From Roseibacillus sp. (lineage in GTDB: Bacteria; Verrucomicrobiota; Verrucomicrobiia; Verrucomicrobiales; Akkermansiaceae): a DNA stretch of 64,000 nucleotides. Every line of letters begins with the position of its first letter. Within the stretch, counting starts at the first letter, position 1. Below, one piece after another: positions 10,221 to 19,800 of this stretch. The notes beneath the pieces are model-generated. The model was given only the letters and a program-made list of their open reading frames with translations. It was not told the DNA's origin and ran no database searches. The stretch lies in contig JBPOGI010000001.1 in NCBI GenBank assembly GCA_051251855.1, positions 1,120,001 through 1,184,000 on the forward strand, in the 5' to 3' direction. The position numbers and the translations under genes are program-made.

Positions 10221-13200
10221 ATGAAAATCCCCCTTTCCGCTCTGGTTTTTGCTGGAATCTCATCGGCCGCGGCCAGTATTGAGACCGTTTTCGTTGTTGG
10301 TGAAAACGATGGGCAACATTTGCCTTTTGGCGCCGAAAACTCGATCACAGAGCCACCTCCTGGTTCTACCACCCAGATCGATGACCACTACTACGTATCC
10401 CTCGGAGAACCCGCCGCCAACTTCGAGCGCGCCCTCACCACATGGGACCCCTCTAATACCGTTCATTTTGACCTGACCGCAGCTCAGACTAATACCAATG
10501 GCGTTTTCAACTTCACTATCAACTTTCTGTGGTCCGGAAACAGCCAAGATACTACCACCGCAAACGTGGTTTCGTTTCGTTTGAATGGAGTTGAGTTTTT
10601 CCTCACCCCCTCTTTTGAAGCTTACGAAGAATTTAACATCGAGTTCGCTACTCTTCCGGGAATGGTTCAAACTGGAGCCAACACCCTCGAAATCCGCCGA
10701 ACTGGAGGAACGAACGACACCTGGTTGGGAATCGACTCCCTCCAATTGACCGTCGACCCCACTGCAAATCAAGATGAGGACTCAGACGGGCTCCCGCTGC
10801 GATGGGAAACCCTCTACCAACTCTCTGACAACGATGGTTCGGACGCGGGAATCAGCTCGGACGAAGACCTCCTCACCAACCTGCAAGAATTCCAAGCGGG
10901 AACCAATCCTCGCTCTGCAGATAGTGATAGCGACGGTCTCCCTGACCATTTGGAAACAGCCACCGACCCGCTCGATCCCGATAGTGATCATGACGGCCTG
11001 CTTGACGGTGAAGAAACGACCTCCAGTCCAGTCCTCGCCGACACCGACAGTGATGGAGCCCCCGATGCTTGGGAAATTCGCACCGGTTACGACCCGAGCA
11101 ATAATGCCTCAGCCCCTCCTTCTTTTTCGGGAGCCATCGGAGTCAATTTCCGTTCGGGTGTCGACTCCGGCGAAAAAGGTCTTTGGACTGCCATCACCCC
11201 CAACGGCTGGATTCCTCAAATCAATTGGAACCAGACCCAGCCCCTTCGTGAATGGGGAGTTCCCGATGAAACGGCACTTCTCACCGGCGACACCACCGAC
11301 ATCGAGCAGCCCGTAGCAGAAACGATTGTCGACTCTTCCGGGAGTCCGCTCGCTACCACGATCACCTTTAGCTATGATGGTTGCTGGACCAGCGCCAACT
11401 CAGGCACGGCGGCAGCTGAGCTTTTACACGGATTCTTAAGAAGCGACCCTACCTTCAACGCCTCCGTTTCGGTTGCCGATATTCCCTACAGCAACTACGA
11501 TCTCTATCTTTACCTGGGGGCCGAGTATGTCGCTCCTTCCGTAACGCTCAGACTGAATGGAGACCCCAGCAATGAGCAAACCCTCCGCGTGCAAGCCACC
11601 GCACCCACCAAAAACTTTCGGCCAGCCTATCAAGTCGCTGGACCTCTTTTACCGCGATACAACACCGTCCGGTTCGCGGACCTTACTGGCAGCAACCTCT
11701 CGCTAGAACTCATTCACGGGTCTGATATCACCGGAATCGCTGGCATCCAAATTGTAGATACTAATGCCGACTCCGATAGCGACCTTCTTCCCGACTACTG
11801 GGAACTTCAGCACCGCACTGACGCCGGAACCAGCAATGCAAATGCGGACCCAGACGGAGACTTGTTAGATAATGCCGCTGAGTTTGCTCTCGGAACCGAT
11901 CCCAACAATCCCGACTCCGACAACGACGGGCTGAGCGACCTTGTCGAGACCAACACCGGAACCTTCATCGATAGCAGCAATACCGGCACTAACCCTCTCT
12001 ATGGCGATACTGATGGCGACGGTTTAGGAGATAACGACGAACTTCAAAACGCCTTTCCAAGCAACCCTCTTTTAAGTGATACCGACAACGATGGCCAAAA
12101 TGACGCCGTCGAAATCGACAAAAAATCAGACCCCTCCAGCGCTGGCGAAAATCAGGTCCCCGTCCCAACCTTTCCTGCGCCAAACAGTTTCTCATGGGAA
12201 GTGAACAATGTTCAAATCGAGCAAAACCACGATACACCGGTGAACACTTCAGGAGCGGGAAGCCAACGTGACTTCCTTTCCCTTAACGTCAGTAATGCCC
12301 TCGCGCCCATCTATCGAGGCCTCGACTTTCGCATTGCTCAATCTGGCAATGAAATCGGCTACACTTTCGTCTCTCGCGGAACCGCTCTTTTTCAACACTC
12401 TGACAACTATGACCTCTACCACAGCGATTTCAGCAACGACTTGAGAGCGAGCTTTGGGCTTTCTGGTTACGGAAGCCACGACATCTCAGACCCACTCACC
12501 TTCCAAGTTCTGGCCTCTCCCAATCCAGCCCCTTCTACGAGTTGGAGTCTTACTTTCAACATCATCAATCAGAAGAGTTCAATCGTCGTCGCGACCCACA
12601 CCTTCTCCAACACCACTCCCAGCGCTAGCATTGCGGCTCAAACCGCCACTTGGGTAGACCAGAACGAAACTCCTGATCAGGCCTCTCTCATCACAGGTAT
12701 TGGCATCACTGCCTACCGTTCCTCGACTGCACTCGAGTCTCTACCTGCCTTCGCCCCCTACCTCGACTCCGACAACGACGGCATTTCCGATGCTTGGGAA
12801 GTCCTCCACAGCTTGGATCCAAACGATGCCTCTGACGCTCTGTTAGATTCTGACAACGATGACCTGACCAATCGCGACGAATACTTACGGGGAACTCTCC
12901 CTTCCAATCCGGACAGCGACAATGACGGCGCAAACGATGGTGAAGAACTCGCACAATGGAGCGACCCCTCAGACCCCACTTCAGAGCCACCCTACTTCCA
13001 CAACCCGCCCGTTTACGAACCAGACCTCGACAACAACGGACTTCCAGATGTTTGGGAAGCCGCCTTTCAAACATCAGGCCTCAACGCCTCCGATGACAAT
13101 GACGGTGATGGTTTTAGCAACTACCAAGAAGCCGTCGCCGGAACGGATCCTCTCGACGTGACTTCGATGCCCTTTTTCGAAGTGTCACCCGCCCCTACCG

Positions 13201-15173
13201 ACGGCATTCTTCGCGCCAGTTGGCCTGTCATTCCCGGCAAAGACCAAACCCTCCAATCCTCCCCCAATCTTTCGGATTGGAATTTAGTCGCTGGAGCAGC
13301 CACCACAGCCGACGACACCTCAACTCAGGATGTCGCAGCTGCTCTCAACCAACAATTTTTCCAAGTCGGCATCTCCGACCGCAATAGTGACGGTGACCCA
13401 CTTAATGATTGGACCGAACTTGCCCTCGGTCTTTCACCCACCAGCGCCCATTCCGTTTCTCGTCCAGTCGCGATCGATACCACGAGCGATGGTGAGGGTG
13501 ACTCGGAGATTTCGGGAGATCTCGCCTATTGGCAAAGCACCTTTGGAAACCTCACGGAGCTCAGTTCTGGTGGTTCGGTCAATACCCCTTCCCGCTATGA
13601 TGCCTCTCGCCTTCTGTTGCAGTCCACTTTTGGACCTACTTTGGAAGAAATTGATGACGTGCGCGCTTTGGGACTGGAAGGATGGATCGACGACCAAATC
13701 ACCGCTCAACCCCCAACCCGACACCGTGACTACATCGACGAAATCTACCGCGACTTCGATGGCCCGCGCACCAACATCGACTACTCCTACAATGACCTCG
13801 ATGACTTCTTAAACGACAACAACGTGAACACCTCGTTTGCTCGTGCTGCCATCTCCGGCCCAGATCAACTTCGCCAACGTGTCGCTTTCGCGCTCTCTCA
13901 AATCATCGTCGTTTCTCGCCGCGACGCTAACCTCAACAACCGGCTCATCGCAGTCACCGACTTCTACGACTTATTTGTCGAGCATGCCTTCGGGAACTAC
14001 CAGGACTTGCTCATGGAAGTCACGCTGCATCCCACCATGGGACGCTACCTTTCACACATCGGCAACCGACCTCCCGCGCCCGAAATCAACCGCTACCCTG
14101 ACGAGAACTACGCCCGAGAGTTGATGCAACTTTTCACCATAGGAATTTGGGAACTCGAACAAGACGGAAGCCGCAAGACGGACACCAGCGGAGCTTTCAT
14201 CCCCACCTACTCTAACGCAGAAATCACAGACCTAGCTCGGGTGATGACCGGGCTCTGGTTCGGAGACAACCTTTGGGGTGCGGGTGGTTGGCAGGATTTT
14301 GACTATGCGGTGCCCATGGACATGCATCCCAATTACCACGACTTCGAGCCCAAGACGCTCCTTGGAGGATTCACCATTCCGAAGCGAACTCCCAGTAAGG
14401 AAAATGCTCTCTTGGACGTTCAGGATGCCATTCGAAATCTCTTCGAGCATCCAAACTGCGCCCCTTTCATTAGTAAGGCTCTCATTCAATTTCTCGTCAC
14501 CTCTAATCCGACTCCGGCCTATGTCGGACGGATATCCTCCGTCTTCGCCGATGATGGCACTGGAGAACGCGGAAATCTCGCGGCAACCATCAAAGCTATC
14601 CTGATGGATCCCGAAGCGAGAGACCCCACCATCGCCAATAGACCGGAGTTCGGAATCTTCCGCGAGCCGGTCATTCGCACCATGCATTTAGCCAGGCTCA
14701 CGAACGTCAATCGCGATAACAACGTGCTGTGGTGGGACTATGGCGACTATTACGCCCAGTCGCTGCAACAAGCGACCTCCTCGCCCTCAGTTTTCAATTT
14801 CTTCCGCCCCGACTACAGGGCTCCCGGAATTCTTACCGAGAACAATTTGGTCGCACCTGCGCTTGAGATCACCAACTCCCACACAGCAGTCGCCTTCCCC
14901 GATGAGCTTTGGGGTCACGCTAACTTCGGATTCGCGCTTTATACCGACTACTCCTTCCCCGCCGATTACTCCCAACTCCTTCCTTACGCCAACGAGCACG
15001 AAGCCCTCCTTGATTATGTGAACCTAGTGGTTTGTGGCGGTAATATAAGCGCCCAAACCCGCTCCATCATTCTCAACGCCCTCAACACTACCGACCCAGG
15101 TGACGACTCTGGTCGTGTTCGTCTCGCCCTCTACCTCGCCTTCATGTGCCCTCAAGGGGCCGTGCAACGATAA
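10221..15173 (+). CDS. Large secreted protein: beta-domains, bacterial TSP3-like Ca-binding repeats, C-terminal DUF1800 (copy 1)
   Basis: Signal peptide from ATG 10221; repeated DSDxDGLxDxWE...TNP; DUF1800 motifs RLLLQSTFGP, DQLRQRVAFALSQI, PDENYARELMQLF, PSVFNFFRP. Confidence 0.9.
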   Translation: MKIPLSALVFAGISSAAASIETVFVVGENDGQHLPFGAENSITEPPPGSTTQIDDHYYVSLGEPAANFERALTTWDPSNTVHFDLTAAQTNTNGVFNFTINFLWSGNSQDTTTANVVSFRLNGVEFFLTPSFEAYEEFNIEFATLPGMVQTGANTLEIRRTGGTNDTWLGIDSLQLTVDPTANQDEDSDGLPLRWETLYQLSDNDGSDAGISSDEDLLTNLQEFQAGTNPRSADSDSDGLPDHLETATDPLDPDSDHDGLLDGEETTSSPVLADTDSDGAPDAWEIRTGYDPSNNASAPPSFSGAIGVNFRSGVDSGEKGLWTAITPNGWIPQINWNQTQPLREWGVPDETALLTGDTTDIEQPVAETIVDSSGSPLATTITFSYDGCWTSANSGTAAAELLHGFLRSDPTFNASVSVADIPYSNYDLYLYLGAEYVAPSVTLRLNGDPSNEQTLRVQATAPTKNFRPAYQVAGPLLPRYNTVRFADLTGSNLSLELIHGSDITGIAGIQIVDTNADSDSDLLPDYWELQHRTDAGTSNANADPDGDLLDNAAEFALGTDPNNPDSDNDGLSDLVETNTGTFIDSSNTGTNPLYGDTDGDGLGDNDELQNAFPSNPLLSDTDNDGQNDAVEIDKKSDPSSAGENQVPVPTFPAPNSFSWEVNNVQIEQNHDTPVNTSGAGSQRDFLSLNVSNALAPIYRGLDFRIAQSGNEIGYTFVSRGTALFQHSDNYDLYHSDFSNDLRASFGLSGYGSHDISDPLTFQVLASPNPAPSTSWSLTFNIINQKSSIVVATHTFSNTTPSASIAAQTATWVDQNETPDQASLITGIGITAYRSSTALESLPAFAPYLDSDNDGISDAWEVLHSLDPNDASDALLDSDNDDLTNRDEYLRGTLPSNPDSDNDGANDGEELAQWSDPSDPTSEPPYFHNPPVYEPDLDNNGLPDVWEAAFQTSGLNASDDNDGDGFSNYQEAVAGTDPLDVTSMPFFEVSPAPTDGILRASWPVIPGKDQTLQSSPNLSDWNLVAGAATTADDTSTQDVAAALNQQFFQVGISDRNSDGDPLNDWTELALGLSPTSAHSVSRPVAIDTTSDGEGDSEISGDLAYWQSTFGNLTELSSGGSVNTPSRYDASRLLLQSTFGPTLEEIDDVRALGLEGWIDDQITAQPPTRHRDYIDEIYRDFDGPRTNIDYSYNDLDDFLNDNNVNTSFARAAISGPDQLRQRVAFALSQIIVVSRRDANLNNRLIAVTDFYDLFVEHAFGNYQDLLMEVTLHPTMGRYLSHIGNRPPAPEINRYPDENYARELMQLFTIGIWELEQDGSRKTDTSGAFIPTYSNAEITDLARVMTGLWFGDNLWGAGGWQDFDYAVPMDMHPNYHDFEPKTLLGGFTIPKRTPSKENALLDVQDAIRNLFEHPNCAPFISKALIQFLVTSNPTPAYVGRISSVFADDGTGERGNLAATIKAILMDPEARDPTIANRPEFGIFREPVIRTMHLARLTNVNRDNNVLWWDYGDYYAQSLQQATSSPSVFNFFRPDYRAPGILTENNLVAPALEITNSHTAVAFPDELWGHANFGFALYTDYSFPADYSQLLPYANEHEALLDYVNLVVCGGNISAQTRSIILNALNTTDPGDDSGRVRLALYLAFMCPQGAVQR

Positions 15174-15194
15174 CTTTACTAGCCCCCTCAAACG

Positions 15195-16655
15195 ATGAAA
15201 CGACGTAAATTTCTTGGAGAGTCCGCCTGCGCCGCCTTGGGTTCGACTTCCATCATGTCTACCCTGCTCAACCTCAAGATGGCAGGACAGGCCGCCGCGG
15301 CGGGACTGCCCGCTGGAGGCACTGACAGAAAGACCCTCGTCTGTATCTTCCTTCACGGTGGCATCGACTCCTTTAACGTCTTGGTTCCTCGCGATGCCGC
15401 CCGTTACGCTGACTATGCAGCCTCGCGCACCAACCTCGCCTTGGACGACACCTCTCTCCTGACCCTTAATCAGTCTGGCGGCGACGGCCAACTCTACGGC
15501 CTTCACCCAGGCACGGGCGGAATTCAGGATCTCTTCAATGGTATCGGAGGCGACACCACCAAACGGCGACTTTCATTCGTATCCAATGTCGGAACCCTCA
15601 TTGAGCCCACTTCGATGACTGCTTATGAGAACGATACCGCCTCCCTGCCAGTCGCTCTCTTCTCACACATCGACCAGATCGAACAGTGGCAGACCTCTCT
15701 TCCCCAGGGCGGCAACAACCTTACAGGCTGGGCCGGACGTGCTGCCGACGTGCTCCATTGCACTCACAATCAAGACCAAGCCTCGATGTCGCTTTCCTTC
15801 TCGGGGAACAACATTTTTCAAGTCGGTCAGACCACTCAGCAATTCGTGATGACTCCCGAGGGCGCCCTTTCCTTCTCACAAGATGGAACCGACCCCACCA
15901 ACGCCACCGTGCAAAAGAACATTGCGGTCAAGTCTCTCGTCGACCAGCACTATACCAACTTGATGGAAACTGCTTTTGCTGAGCTCACCAAACAAGCTCT
16001 CGACCAACAGGAGTTCATCCAAGAGAAGTTCGATTCCCTCGCAGAGGATTACCTCACCACCACCTTTCCTAACAACTACCTCGCCCAGCAAATGCAAGGA
16101 GCCTTGCGCACTATTCATCTTCGCGAGCAGTTGGGATTACGCCGCCAAACCATCTTCCTCTCCTTCGGCGGCTGGGACCATCACGGCGAACTGTTAGACA
16201 CCCAAGATGGGATGCTACGTCAACTTTCCCCCGCCCTCGAAGCCTTCCAAGCAGGCCTTGAAGAACTCGGACTCGAAGATTCCGTCATCACCTTCACCGC
16301 CTCGGACTTCGGCAGAACTCTTCGCTCTAACGGTCGCGGCACCGACCATGCTTGGGGCGGAAACCAACTCGTCATGGGTGGCCCTATCGCCGGCGGCCAA
16401 GTCACGGGCACCTACCCCAACCTTGCCATCGATGGTCCTGACGACATCGGACGTGGCGGACGCCTGCTCCCCACCACTTCCGTTGACGAATTTTTCGCGG
16501 AACTACTGCTGTGGTTCGGCCTCTCCCCAGACGACTTTTCCGCAGTGCTCCCCAACCTCAGCAATTTTTACGATCCCAGCACCGCAGACCCCAGCGACCC
16601 GAGCACCTTCCCCATCGGTTTCCTCAAAGCCAATCAGTTCGACGCCTCTACCTAG
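15195..16655 (+). CDS. DUF1501-family protein with Tat signal (copy 1)
   Basis: KRRKFL Tat motif; LVCIFLHGGIDSFN, GWDHH, SDFGRT, GTDHAWG. Confidence 0.92.
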   Translation: MKRRKFLGESACAALGSTSIMSTLLNLKMAGQAAAAGLPAGGTDRKTLVCIFLHGGIDSFNVLVPRDAARYADYAASRTNLALDDTSLLTLNQSGGDGQLYGLHPGTGGIQDLFNGIGGDTTKRRLSFVSNVGTLIEPTSMTAYENDTASLPVALFSHIDQIEQWQTSLPQGGNNLTGWAGRAADVLHCTHNQDQASMSLSFSGNNIFQVGQTTQQFVMTPEGALSFSQDGTDPTNATVQKNIAVKSLVDQHYTNLMETAFAELTKQALDQQEFIQEKFDSLAEDYLTTTFPNNYLAQQMQGALRTIHLREQLGLRRQTIFLSFGGWDHHGELLDTQDGMLRQLSPALEAFQAGLEELGLEDSVITFTASDFGRTLRSNGRGTDHAWGGNQLVMGGPIAGGQVTGTYPNLAIDGPDDIGRGGRLLPTTSVDEFFAELLLWFGLSPDDFSAVLPNLSNFYDPSTADPSDPSTFPIGFLKANQFDAST

Positions 16656-16748
16656 CACAGCAATACCGTTCTCCTATTGCATGTGCTTTCTCATTTGCCT
16701 TCTCGATTCCAAATCCAGGTTCAAGAAGGCTAGTCAAACGGGGTCGCA

Positions 16749-16777
16749 TTGACTTTTAACCTCATTCTGTATAGCTT
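16749..16777 (+). promoter_or_regulatory. Putative sigma70 promoter of DUF1800/DUF1501 unit 2
   Basis: TTGACT-17 nt-TAGCTT, preceded by GTCGCA as in copy 1. Confidence 0.7.
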
Positions 16778-16847
16778 TATGAGGTTTAAATAGTTTATCC
16801 CCATGGGTCTGTTCTCCCATAGGGTTCAAATTCGGCCCTTTTCAAAA

Positions 16848-19800
16848 ATGAAGCACACCCTTTTCACTCTCGTTTTTGCTGGCTTCTCCCTTGCTCACGC
16901 CAACATCGAGACTCTCTTTCTTATTGGGGAAAAGGACGGGGACCACAGCCCTTTTGGACAGGAAACTCCGGATACTGAACCCGCCCCCGGGTCCCCCACC
17001 GAACTTGATGACCATTACTATGTCTCCAGCGGAGAGCCAGCCAGCAATTTTGAACGTTCGCTAACCACTTGGGATCCTTCGAACACAGTTCACTTTGAGC
17101 TCACGACCGCCCAGGCCAATCCTGACGGGCTTCTTTATTTTGACATTGGCTTTATCTGGTCAGGAAATTTGCAAGATGAAACCTCTGCAAACACCATCTC
17201 TTGCCGCCTCAATGGGGTTGAATTCTTACTCACTCCCTCATTTGTATCCTATCAAGATTTCAGCGCAGAAGTAAGTTCACTCGTGGGACTGCTTCAAACG
17301 GGAGCCAACACCCTCGAAATCGTTCGAACAGGAGGAACGAGCGACACCTGGTTGGGTATCGATTATCTGCAACTGACGGTCGATCCTACCGCCAATGAAG
17401 ATGCGGACGAAGACGGACTTCCGCTGCGATGGGAAGTTCTTTACCAATTGTCCGACGACGATTCTTCCGACGCCGGAATCAGCTCGGACGACGACCTGCT
17501 CACCAACCTGCAAGAATTCCAAGCGGGAACCAATCCACGCTCTGCGGATACCGACCATGATGCCCTCCCTGACCACTTGGAAACAGCCACCGACCCACTC
17601 AACCCTGATAGTGACGATGATGGCCTGCGCGACGGAGAAGAAACGACCTCCAACCCAGCCCTTGCCGATACGGACAACGATGGGGCCCCCGACGCTTGGG
17701 AAATCCGAACAGGCTTCGACCCTGCCAGCAACACCTCGACCCCACCCGTATTTTCGGGAGCCATCGGTATCAACTTTCGTTCCGAGGCATCGAGCGAGCA
17801 TGGACTTTGGAGCGACCTCGCGCCCAATGGTTTTGTTCCGCAGATTCATTGGAATCAAACTGAACTGCTTCGCGCTTGGGGAGTCTCCGATAGCGAACCC
17901 CTTCTCAATGGAGACACCAACGCCATTGCCTCGCCCAGCGAAAATTCACTCGTTAACGCTGCTGGCGCGACCATCGCAACGACCATCAACTTCGTTCACG
18001 ATGGCTGCCGCTCCAATCACAACAAAGGCAGCCGAGCCGCCGAACTACTCCAGGGAGGGCTCAGCACCGACACCAATCAAAGCCCCCGCGTAACTCTGTC
18101 AGGAATCCCTTTCACCAACTACGACCTCTATCTCTATGTCTCGTCCGCCCACCTAGGTCCTACTGGCACCGCTCGCTTGAACAATGATCCCGCTACCGAC
18201 ATTACGGTGCGCCCCATCAGCTCGGCACCGACGCAAAGCTTCATTACAAGCCATCAATCGGCCAGTCCCAATGTTCCCCTCTTTAACACTATTCGCTTCT
18301 CTGGACTGAGCGGAAGCTCTCAGATAGTAGGACTCTTCGAAGTAGATCAGAATATCGGAATCGCCGCTATTCAAGTCGTGGACATTGATGCTGATAGCGA
18401 TGGCGACTCTGTACCCGACTACTGGGAATTCCAACATGGAACCGATGCTAACACCTCCAACGCCAACTCCGATCCTGATGGAGACGGCCTGAACAACGTG
18501 GATGAATTCGCTCGCGGAACCGATCCCAACAACCCCGACAGCGACCACGACGGTCTTTCTGATTTCGTCGAGACAAACACCGGGACTTACCTTAATAGCA
18601 ACGACACCGGCAGTAATCCTCTTTATGGCGATAGTGATGGCGATGGGCTTTCCGATTCAGCAGAGCTCGCCCACGCATTCCCATCCAACCCCAACGAGAT
18701 CGACTCGGACTCCGACGGCAAAAATGACGACGTCGAGTTGGCTGAGGGCTCGAATCCAAACAACGCTCTCAACCAAGTCATACCTGTCCCTACCTTTCCT
18801 GCTCCCAACCGTCTTACTTGGACAGTCGACAATCTACAGCTCGTCAGAAATCATGAAACTCCGCTGACTTCTACTGACAATAATCAGCAGCTCGTTTTTT
18901 CTCTCGGCGTTATCAACGCAGCTCAACCAGCGTGGACCAACCTCGACTTCCGACTCGTCATGGCCAATGGAAAATTGGGCGAATACACCGTGGCTCAAGG
19001 AGACGGAGGCTTCCGTCATGTCGATGGCTGGGACCTATGGTATGGGGACTTGAACACCGATCTGACCGCAGCGTTTGGATTCTCAGGGAGCGGCACCTTT
19101 GACGCGTCAGACCCTTTTAGTTTCCATTTTACTGCTGAAAAGAATCCCGACCCCAACTCCAACTGGAGCCTCTCATACGTGGTCACTAACGAGGCTACCA
19201 ACACCATCATTCTATCCCGAACCATTGAGAACACGGTGGCCTCAACCACGATTGCAAACCAGACCGCAACTTGGCGCAATCAATCCGGAATCGCCAATCG
19301 TTGCAGTGTTTCCACTGGCCAAGGAATCACACTCTACCATCAAGAAGCTTCCTTGGAGACCATTCCAGCCTTCACCCTCCATCGCGATTCGGATGACGAC
19401 GGAATTCCTGACTGGTGGGAAAACCTCCACAGCCTCAACCCGAACAACTCCAATGACGCAATTTTTGATAGTGATAACGACCAGCTCAATAACTTAGCAG
19501 AATATCGTGCGGGCACCTTTCCTGACTCTGCCGATTCAGATAACGACGGCGTCAACGATGGTGAAGAATCCTATCATTTCACTCATCCTTCAGCACCAAA
19601 CTCAGAGCCTGCTTACTTTAAAACAGGCCTCGCCTTCAATGCCGACCGCAACGGCAACAACCTCCCCGACATTTGGGAGGCCGCCTTCCGCACTTCTGGC
19701 CTATCAGCCTCTGGTGACGACGATGGTGACGGGTCTCTCAACTCAGAAGAAGCCCTTGCGGGCACCGATCCTCTCGATGCCACCTCGAAGCCCAGCCTCG

